Source of the DNA: Paraspadella gotoi
Taxonomy: Eukaryota > Animalia > Chaetognatha
Length of the DNA: 64,000 nucleotides
Reading direction: 5' to 3'
Assembly (NCBI GenBank): GCA_051294375.1
Contig: CM119264.1
Coordinates: 26,781,199-26,845,198 of the forward strand
Under the pieces are notes generated by a model that saw only the letters and a list, made by a program, of their open reading frames with translations, was not told where the DNA came from and searched no databases. Position 1 is the stretch's first letter; the number at the start of each line of letters is the position of its first letter. The translations under genes and the position numbers were made by a program. Of this stretch, positions 54,928 to 64,000 are shown one piece after another.

Positions 54928-55308
54928 AATGGGAAAAGGGTGGGAGTTGGAAGATATTAGAATAGTGAGAGAAAGTGAAAAATAGCGGGAGTAAAATAAA
55001 GATAGAAAGACACCAACAAGAAAGAAGGACAAACTTGATTAAATATTGATATCGATTAGTTTCCCTTTTTTTTTCTTAAATTTTCTAAAAAAATTCCCAA
55101 AATTCCATTGCACGCCGCATTTAAGGATCAAAGCTTCACAATTTTCCCTTTTCTTCCATAAACATCGATAAAAACTTTATGTTCCTTCGGCGTTTACTTT
55201 GTCCCGGACTCATTACGATTTTTTTTAGGTTTTTTTTACTAAACACTTTTTTTTAAGTTTTTTTATTATGTAGGTTTTGGAAGGATCACATTTTGAACTC
55301 CGCCGATC

Positions 55309-55363
55309 ATGGCGACCAATATGATAAACGATGCAAATCCGGAGGAATACATGAAAAAACAAG
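55309..55363 (+). CDS. TSSK: TSSK exon 1 ([19 protein letters not shown])
   Basis: ATG at 55309; phase-1 donor aag|gtggcc completes the G of the GYLFG motif with exon 2. The start codon choice (55309 vs 55321) is uncertain. Confidence 0.75.
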
Positions 55364-55933
55364 GTGGCCAACGTTTAGCGTGAATGACAGGCTTAAATTG
55401 GATGTATGACGTCGAGTTTAGATGTTTGTATGTTTGCTTATTTAAATGGTTCAAGTTTATTCGCTATTTTTTACCGTAAAATGAGGACAACGTGTGAACA
55501 GCGATGAGGTTTAGTCTTTCTGTCCAAGAAAGAAATTGTATTCTTTTAAAATATCGATCGAGTTGTTGAGGAAAGGGAGGTTTCATCGCCGCTTTTGCTG
55601 TCAATTCGTTTTCTTTACGTCGTTACTTTTATTTGTACCTCACAACTTTATTCGCCAGTCCTCTTCGTCGCTAGCGCCTTTCTCGTTCCGTTTCACAGGT
55701 TACCTCTTCGGAAAAACTCTGGGTGAAGGATCTTACGCCAAAGTGAAGATCACGGAATGTCCCAACAAGGATAGAGTCGCCTGTAAAATCATCTGCAAGA
55801 AGAAAGCGCCAAAAGTAATCGAAATGACGATGATGGGGACGACGAAAACGACGATGTTGTTTGCGACGATGAAGACGATATCGACGACTATGATGACGAC
55901 GATGACGACGACGACTATGATGACGACGATGTT

Positions 55934-55966
<33 letters not shown>

Positions 55967-58522
55967 AACTATGATGACGATGTTGATGGTGACGACGACG
56001 ACGACTATGATAACGATAATGATGACGATGTTGACGGCGAGGACGACGACGACGACTATGATGACGACCATGATGACGATGTTAACAGCGATGATGACGA
56101 CTATGATTAGGACAAAGTCGTTAACTTTTACGATGGAGACGACGATGACGATGACGATGAACAATAACTGCGATTATTGGGTATCTTCTTAAGTTGCTTA
56201 AGTTGCTTAAATTACTTAAATTTCTTAAATTGCTTGTTTGCTGGTCGCTCCCCATGTTATTGATCGCGTTCTGTTGTAGTGTTGGTCTTTTGTCTTCTAA
56301 CTACGTGCCCCAATTGCCAATCAGCTAATCTCTCTTTATTCGCCAACTAACCAACCCAAATGGTTTTTCCATCTTTCCCAGGACTTCGTCAACAAGTTTC
56401 TTCCCCGGGAGTTGGACGTTCTTCGTCGCCTCAATCATGACAACATCATTAAGTCCAAAGACATTTACGAGTTTCCAACCAAAGTAAAAACAAACAAACA
56501 ATTTTATAAAGAGGAGAAAACTACTATTTAATAACGAACAAAAGGAGGGGAAACGGGGGAAAAAATTTTTTATCGGTTATGAAACGATTACTTTTCACTA
56601 TTATTGATCATTGTTAAAAGAAAAACATTCTCCTTTCTCATTCTACCTTCGCGAAAGAAGCCTTATTTTATTTTTAATCTTTCACATATAAAAACATGCA
56701 AGCAGATAAAAATATCTTTCTCGCCATTCTAAAATACGAAATATTAACTCAGCCAGTGATTAACTTTTAGCTTAATATTTATATAATTCTAACATTTCAA
56801 AGTAACAAAATATAATCTAACAAGCTTGCAGGGACCTGCTATGTTGTTATTATCTTGTAAGTGTGATGGAGGCCTTAAACCACCAAAGCCAGTCCAAAGT
56901 CAGGGGCAAGATAGCTTATTTATTTATATTCATTTTTATATTGGTTGTACTAATTTCATAGTAGAACAAGTACTTTTTTATTTTCATCGATGATAAATGT
57001 ACAATACTTTGTCTCCCCCCCTGCCCGCGCCCCACGAGGTCTTTATCATGATGGAGATGGCCGACAACGGAGACCTGTTGGACTATATCAAGAAGCACGG
57101 GGGTCGACCTGATGGAGAAGCGAAGAAGCTCTTCTTGGATCTCCTCCACGGGATGGAATATCTCCACGGGATCGAAATCACACACAGAGATCTCAAGTGT
57201 GAGAATCTTCTCATGTTCAAAAACAACGTCGTCAAAATCGCGGATTTCGGTTTTGCCAGGTCCGAAAGAGGTCGTTGTCGTCGAAGTCGTCGTCGTCGTC
57301 ATCGTTGTTGTTGTAGTAGTAGTAGTAGTTTTTGATTTTGTTATTGTTTGTGTTGTTATGAAATTGGTACAACCAATATAAAAATTATCCATTCATTTAA
57401 TAAATAAGCTATCTTGCCCCTGACTTTGGACAGGCTTTGGTGGTTTAAGACCTCCATCACTCTTACAAGATAATGACATCGCAGATCAAGACAATCAAGA
57501 CTCTCTCACAGCCTCATTTATTCTCTACCAGTGAATTTTAGTGGTTATTTTGCTGGTGTAGAAGACGAAAATAATAATAATAAAAGTGAGGAGAAGGTGA
57601 AGAATTGTGACGATGTAAGAGAAGTAGAAAAGAAGTGAGTCTAGCTCTCTCTTGATCCACTTTTATCATCGCCCGGACCAACTTGACCTTACGGTCGCCT
57701 CGGCCCTATTACTGTGTCCGGTCAATCTAAGGTCATTGCCAAAGCTAGAGCAAAGTGACCGTGTGGAATAGACCGGCTCGAAGAAAGAGGAGAGAGGAAG
57801 GGTTTAGAGAGAGAGACCGGAGGTAAGTCGCCTCACTGGTCTTGTTAATGTTGTGATTTTTTGTTGCAGATTTATGTTTTTTTTATTGATCTTTTATTTT
57901 GTTTTTTGTTGTTTTAGCTTTGGTTGTTGTTATTGTTTCACGTTAGTCGTTGTTGTTTTCGTTAAAGGGAAAATCTTTGAAAATTTATGTTCTTTTAATA
58001 CCTAGATCAAATCAGACCAGATTCCGTGACCATATTTGGCCTTTAATATTCAGACATCGTTTGACAAATCCCCGTAATTTTCTCTTCCCATTTTCCATCT
58101 TTAACTTTTGTCTAGATTTTATCGGACGAAATTCCTTTAACATCCCGCGATTCCAGCCGACGAGATCACCCAACCCCCACCCATTCCCTTACCCACCCCT
58201 CGCCTTACCCTCCTCTCTCCCCTTACCCTCCAGACTGTGCGTCGATTCGGACGGGAAGCGGATTTTGAGCGAGACTTACTGCGGCAGCGCCGCCTACGCA
58301 GCGCCGGAGATCCTCAAGGGAACCAGATACAATCCAAAGGTTCGTTATGTCGCGAGGTTGAGGAGGGGAGGAGAGGGGAACAGGGTGGGGGTAGAGGTGG
58401 GGAAAAAGTGTTGGAGTCGAGTGGGGTGGGGTTTATGGGACGAGCGGGAGTGACAAAGAAGCGAGTAGATGTTTTGGACCTTAATGCTGTGTGGGACCAT
58501 CGGTCTTAGGAGAGAGAACGAA

Positions 58523-58602
<80 letters not shown>

Positions 58603-59880
58603 TTACATTATTCATCCGCCGCATCTTCCTCTTCATCTGTCGCATCCTCCCACTCATCTACAGCATTTTCTTCCTTCAGGCCTACGACATGTGGAGCATT
58701 GGTTGCATCCTCTTCATCATCGTCTGCGGTTCGATGCCCTTCGACGATTCCGACGTGCGCAAGATGCTCAAGGTGGAGGAGGGGAGTCGCGGATTGGCAG
58801 GGGGGAGGGAGAGGCGTCGTCGTTGTTGTTATCTTTTTTTTTTTTGCGATCGATCGATGAGTCAGTTGCGATTTAAATTTGTGACTTCAATCACTTTCCT
58901 ATTTTATTTTATTTTATTTTATTTTATACTACTACTTCAATCACTTTTCTATAACTGTAGACGCAACTGAAAAACGACGTTCATTTTCCGTCTCGAATCA
59001 AAGACTCGGTCAACGAGGAATGCAAAAAACTCATCAGGTTTTCGATCGACTCGTCGATATATTTCCTATAGATAACGATAATATCGCCAGCTCGTCCGTT
59101 TTAAACATGTTCTTAAGACTTAGCTAAAATGAGTTTTATTTTTAGTTCTACTACGACATTGTTTAATGACGTTAAATTATAAAAACAAGGAACGGTTATT
59201 CCAAGGTGTTGCGCCGAATTACTTTTTTTTTACTTATCATGTCATTTATTCCTTATAGTTTATAAGGAATAGTAGTCGCTTAGATTTCATTTTTAACAAA
59301 TGAGCAACAAAATATAGGCAAGTTATAAGCGTTTTTAACGTAAGTAGGATAGACCAACGGACAGACATACCGACCGACCGACCGAAAAGTGACTTATAGA
59401 GTTGCTCCGCGAGTACTCGTCTTTCGTTACTAATTCAAACACAACCACCAGAAAGAAACAATAGACAAAGATTTTGTGTTTTCCCCTCAGTTCATTCGTG
59501 ATAATGAGTTATAAGATAAAGCAATTAATAGACCAATCAAGCAATCAACCAACGAATCGAATAATCAGGCAACTCTTGGAGGTGGATGTTCAAAAGCGAG
59601 CGACGGTGGAACAAGCGTTGAAATCCACTTGGATGAAAGGTTCGTCTTAGTTTTAGTTTTCATTCAACAAAAATGTGATTCCAGTTTCAAGGGAATCATA
59701 TTTTTAACAGAGGAGTGAACGGGGGGAGAGTGATCTGGGAAGTGAACGCGGAGGTGAAGGATGAAGTGAACGACGTCGCTGTCCTCAGACGAGATCGCCC
59801 TTCGTCCAACAGGCGAATCCTCGGCCGAACATCGATCCTCTCGTTCCGCGGCCAAGTCCTCCGTCATTTCCGAGAAATGA
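55309..59880 (+). CDS. TSSK: Testis-specific serine/threonine kinase (TSSK1/2-like, CAMK group), spliced gene, 8-9 exons, 283-310 aa
   Basis: Exons 55309-55363, 55699-55814, 56382-56483, 57039-57259, 58234-58339, 58680-58772, 58961-59037, 59569-59639 (or to TAG 59650), 59789-59880 have GT-AG ends and matching phases (933 nt = 311 codons). Spliced protein: [180 protein letters not shown]. The motifs KKAPxDFxxKFLPRE, HRDLKCEN, SxTxCGSxAYAAPE and CGSMPxDDS are characteristic of the TSSK family. Confidence 0.93.
55699..55814 (+). CDS. TSSK: TSSK exon 2 (Gly-rich loop, catalytic Lys)
   Basis: tttcacag| [38 protein letters not shown] |gtaatc. Confidence 0.92.
55825..56160. repeat. Degenerate (GAC/GAT)n tract in TSSK intron 2
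   Basis: Begins just after the exon-2 donor; gives the T/M-rich tail of ORF 55536..56192. Confidence 0.9.
56382..56483 (+). CDS. TSSK: TSSK exon 3
   Basis: ctttcccag| [34 protein letters not shown] |gtaaaa; 102 nt; not in the ORF track. Confidence 0.92.
56833..57487. repeat. Inverted repeat pair (~125-bp arms, 56833-56960 and 57357-57487) enclosing TSSK exon 4
   Basis: The right arm tatgaaattggtacaaccaatataaaaat..aataaataagctatcttgcccctgactttggacaggctttggtggtttaagacctccatcactcttacaagataat is the reverse complement of the left arm with few mismatches. Confidence 0.92.
57039..57259 (+). CDS. TSSK: TSSK exon 4 (HRD and DFG motifs)
   Basis: cccacgag| [48 protein letters not shown] |gtccga. Confidence 0.93.
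58234..58339 (+). CDS. TSSK: TSSK exon 5 (activation loop, APE)
   Basis: ccctccag| [35 protein letters not shown] |gttcgt. Confidence 0.93.
58680..58772 (+). CDS. TSSK: TSSK exon 6
   Basis: ttccttcag| [31 protein letters not shown] |gtggag. Confidence 0.93.
58961..59037 (+). CDS. TSSK: TSSK exon 7
   Basis: actgtag| [26 protein letters not shown] |gttttc. Confidence 0.88.
59235..59419 (-). mobile_element. Second independent copy of the hairpin/GGTC element, in TSSK intron 7
   Basis: Reverse complement reads cgagtactcgcggagcaactctataagtcacttttcggtcggtcggtcggtatgtctgtccgt..ttacgttaaaaa..ttgcctata..aaactataaggaat, matching 35337-35530. Confidence 0.7.
59569..59650 (+). CDS. TSSK: TSSK exon 8 (subdomain XI)
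   Basis: aataatcag| [23 protein letters not shown], followed by either a donor after 59639 or read-through GSS-stop at 59650. Confidence 0.85.
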
Positions 59881-60444
59881 GAAGGAAGTGAAGATTTCAT
59901 CCTCATCGTCAGAGTCGAGTTTTCTTCTTCTCCTTGTCACGTGATCACCGCATGAAAACAACAAAAACTTGAAGATTCTTTTTTTTCTCGAACGAAGGGT
60001 AAGGTCAGGTTAGAAGGTTAGATTAGATGACCGAGTTTTTTTTATTGTTTTTTTTTTACAATTTATATAGTAGAAGAATATAAGACTAAGTTATAATCTT
60101 GTAAGTGGGATTGAAGGCCTATACTCGGAACAATCAATGCGCTATTAATTTATAGTCAATAGAATATTAATTTTTATCCAGTTTTCAACATCCGAGATTT
60201 TCTAAGTCTAAACGCGCGAGAAAGAAATTGGGTAAAAATCAAAATACGTATCGAAATTAAATGAAAGAGTTGACCTCACGGACGTAACCGATGTACAATG
60301 GCACAGTCTCTGCCCCAGAAGAGTTACGTCTCAACGTGGGAAGTCAATTGCTGGTTAATCCGAGTAAATTCTATTCTTCCGAGAGAAGACAGGAGAAATA
60401 AAAAAAAACCGGCCAGTGCGATGTCAGAGACAGAAAAAGTAAAT

Positions 60445-60486
<42 letters not shown>

Positions 60487-60715
60487 GTTACCCGTGTTTC
60501 ATACTTGGCGTTTGTATTCATCGGCGAGCACGAGTTTTGATTTATCTTTTTTTTCTCTCTCCTCTCTATCTGGTCCTCTCTCTCTCTATCTCTCTCGCTC
60601 TCTCCTTTTGTTGTGTTTTGTTTGTTTGATTTTTTTTTAGCTTTTGCTCCGGATTTTCTATTCCGTTATTTCCCTTGGGCATCTCCCCGCTCTCGTTCTC
60701 TCTCTCTCATCTCTC

Positions 60716-60757
<42 letters not shown>

Positions 60758-60986
60758 CACTTCTCCCTCCGTCTCTCTCTCTCTGTTTACGTGGTATTTG
60801 AGCGCGAGGAGAAAGGGAGAAGGAAAGCCTTTGGCGTTCGTATCGGACAGACGGAATATTCACGCGGACACGATTACAGACGAAATTACAGACGTAATTA
60901 CCAATGGAATTCACGCCCATCGCCGACGAAATTGGCGTCGGTTACAAATGGGATTTACGCCGTTGGTGAAGCGACGGATTTGAAAA

Positions 60987-61076
60987 GTTTAACAGATGGT
61001 ATTGGCGTCGACGTCCATTGGCGTACAATGTACAATGTACGCCAATGGACGCCGACGCCAATACCATCTGTTAAAC
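60987..61076. other. 90-bp near-perfect hairpin
   Basis: 41-bp arms gtttaacagatggtattggcgtcgacgtccattggcgtaca / tgtacgccaatggacgccgacgccaataccatctgttaaac (1 mismatch), 8-nt centre. Confidence 0.9.
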
Positions 61077-62309
61077 GCCGTACGCCGTACATGAGTATGG
61101 AATCGATTGACGCCATATTGGAAATGCTCTTTAGACTTTTGGGTCAAGGAAATTCTAAAAAAAGTTGTCGATAGAAATTGACCAAAAAGTAGAACCTATG
61201 TACGGTGTCTCAGCGTCCGACGCCAGTAGCGCCACCGGCACCACAGCCCTCCCCCACCCACCACTACACCCTAATGTAGGAGGTCTACGTGCGTTCTTTA
61301 GAAAATCGAGGTAAGCTTTTTTCATGGAGATTTTCGTTAAAATCTGACTACCCAAATAATGGTCAACGCCCCTGGGAAAAATTCAAGCAGTAAAAAAATA
61401 GATGTAAAAACACTCGATTTCCGAATCCTGTTTTTGCATCTGAAGGGCTTCGCATTTTTTTTTTTCTCTTGAAATTACATCATTTTGGACATCAACCAAT
61501 CAGATTCAAATGGACTGGTCCGCTGCGGGGAAATATTTTCGAAATGCAATTTTTTATATTATAACTAAAGGGATTTCTCAACTTCAAATACAATGGTGCA
61601 GACTGCATTTAACATATGTTTGTGAATTTTTACAATAAACTTCAAATTCAAGGAAATCGATAGCCATATGTTTGAAGGCCTCTCAAATTTCTTTACATTT
61701 TATTTTGTTTATTTTGATATGCCTACGATCTATGGGAAAGTGAATTAGTCCATTTTGGTGAAATTTTTTTTTATCTTAAAGTAAAAGTAAAGAGGAGCTT
61801 AACGATCAGAATTCTAAGAGTTTTCTAACCGGGAGTGACAAGATTCGGGGAAAATTTCTATGGCGAAAATCTTTCAAAGAAGGGGTCAATTTTTTTCCCG
61901 AAGATTTTTGTTAATGATTTCCTATATTTATGGTAGGATTTTTTTAAACTTAATATTATACAATAGTTGCCCATCATTCTACCTTGGCCGGTATAAGAAT
62001 ATATTAAAAAATCCTTCTTGGCTATTGTTCGTCAGAGCTTAGTTCCTACCTAAATGTTTCTCGGGCGAAGAATAAAAAAAACAAAAATAAGCGAGGGAAA
62101 TTCCACCGTTTACGAAGGACCGATAATTATCGGCCTGTGGGGGGACGTCGGAATGCCGGACGCCGGACGCCGGACGCGTCCATCCTCGGCCTTGGAACGC
62201 CGAGGCCCCGCCCGCGCATTTCGGTCCCGCGATCTTCCGACGACGGGAGGCGCAATTACAGTAATGAGAGGGAGAAACAAAAAGAGACATAAACTCGCCG
62301 CCGGTTAAG

Positions 62310-62340
<31 letters not shown>

Positions 62341-63034
62341 CGACGACGACGACGACGACGACGCCTCCGTCTCTCATCTTGAGTCTATGAAGCAGAAAAT
62401 AAAAGAAATTTTCTTGTCGTCTTCTTAATCGTCGTCGTCCGTCGTCCGTCATCGCGGCTGGAGATCCTTCCTTCGACGAACCGTTGACTTCCGTCTTCAC
62501 GTGATTCGAACTTTAGAGTTCACAGTTGATCTCAATTGAATTCGTGAGTCGAAACGGGGGGTTAATCCTAAAACTTCCTTAAAACAAATCGGGGTGAGTT
62601 GTTTAGTTTGGTCAGTCTTAAATTAACGAAGAAAGAAATTTTTACGTTTGAAAATAAACGCTTACGATGAAGACCCTCATATTTTCATTCCAAAGCCAAC
62701 GGTACGTTCATTCCTGTGTCTCACGGAACCCACAACGAGCAACAACAACAACGAGCAACAACAACAACGACGTCCCCAGTCGTCCCCTCCGCGGTATAAT
62801 TATCGTTTTGTTTTTCTCTGGAGTCAATGAAACGGCGAGAAATTCCGTTTCGCAGTTTTGTTTTTGTCCGCCAGAGTGAAACGACGAGAGATAGAATATC
62901 GCCTTTTTCTTTTATTTTTTTTTCCCTTTGCGCCGAGAAAAATTGTTTCGAAGAAAATGACATCAAAAATTGAGAAAAATAAAGAATTTCTTCGCGTTTA
63001 GTTTTTTTTTTTTTTTTTTTTTTGTTTCTAAGTT

Positions 63035-63116
63035 ATTTACAAGGAAATTTGAATTGTTACAACGATTTTATTATTAATAATAAAATCGTTGTAACAATTC
63101 AAATTTCCTTGTAAAT
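63035..63116. other. 82-bp perfect, spacer-less AT-rich palindrome
   Basis: atttacaaggaaatttgaattgttacaacgattttattatt|aataataaaatcgttgtaacaattcaaatttccttgtaaat. Confidence 0.95.
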
Positions 63117-64000
63117 CTCTATACAACAACGAAAAGAAAGGATATACCATGGGTTTCTAAGTTAAAAATTATTTTAAATTTAATTTAAAAGTGAAGTATC
63201 GAATATTTAGAATAATTAATTAAGGTTATTCCATTCCACAGCGACGCTTATAAGAATGACAGAAATTCTAAGAAATCACTACCTCGTTTCCACTCCGTAA
63301 TTAATTATAATTCACTCTAAATATACACGTGACAAAAGAGTATTTCATTTTTCCTTCAATTTATTTTCCTTTTGTTAACTGGGATTTCACTTGGACGCCA
63401 TTTTCCTTTTAATTTCATAAATTCCCTTCTCATTTCCCTCGGGTCCTCGACGCTTCTTCCATTTCCACTTTTTTTCTTTTTCTTTTTGTTTTTTTTTATA
63501 AATTATTCTTTTCTATTCTTATTCATCAATGTTTCTCCTTTTTAATTCTTCCCCGAGGAGAGCGTCAAAAGAAGAAGAAAAAAAAGCTCCAATTTTCTTT
63601 TCTTTTTGTTTTTTTTCGTTAATTTTTTCTTTCAAATCGAAGAAGAGTTGATTTCATTACTTCGCACAAGCGTCGCCTTCAGTTTTCTCCTTTTCTTCTC
63701 TTTTTTAATCTGACGACGTGAACAGTTGTGAACGATTTCTTTTTTTAACAGGAAAGAGTTTTTTTTTTCTTACGCCGACAATGTAAGTTTCGTGAACATG
63801 GTTGGTTATTTTTTCAAAGATATGCAATTTTTTGTGACACGCAGTGACGTTGAATCATGGTTGTATTAATATTAGCTTAGGAGAAAAAAACATTTTTATT
63901 TGTTTTGACAAAGAATTAGTGACAATTTGACAGAACATGTCGACTCTGTATTTTTAGAGTCTTCAAATCAGTGTTTGGACAATATTCCAACGTTTTTCTC

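Noticed and set aside
55815-56192. Thr/Met-rich extension of the kinase ORF 55536..56192
   Set aside because: Intron 2 microsatellite; the kinase continues in exon 3 after the donor at 55815.

Overview
AT-rich, (AG)n/(GAC)n-microsatellite-dense eukaryotic (most likely animal) draft assembly with 11 N-gaps. Two spliced genes can be reconstructed by hand with consistent intron phases. One is a testis-specific Ser/Thr kinase (TSSK-family) gene on + (55309-59880, 8-9 exons). The other is an unrecognised 5-exon, 279-aa secreted protein on - (12660-7291) with the hallmarks of a neuropeptide prohormone: a signal peptide and KK/RR sites, including W-G-KK and I-G-RRRR amidation motifs. Also present are a decayed RLE-type non-LTR retrotransposon 3' end, palindrome/GGTC (DINE/HINE-like) repeats, an inverted repeat pair that brackets the kinase catalytic exon, two long hairpins, a KR-punctuated 24-bp repeat, and several orphan exon candidates. 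Roughly 70% of the window lies in tandem near-duplicates (5.5-15.7 vs 15.8-26.0 kb; 27.3-28.4 vs 28.4-29.6 kb; 33.5-43.2 vs 43.3-55.2 kb; 50.5-52.6 vs 52.6-54.4 kb) whose insertion-dominated differences look like unpolished long-read gap filling rather than biology. Most ORFs in the supplied track are microsatellite artefacts.
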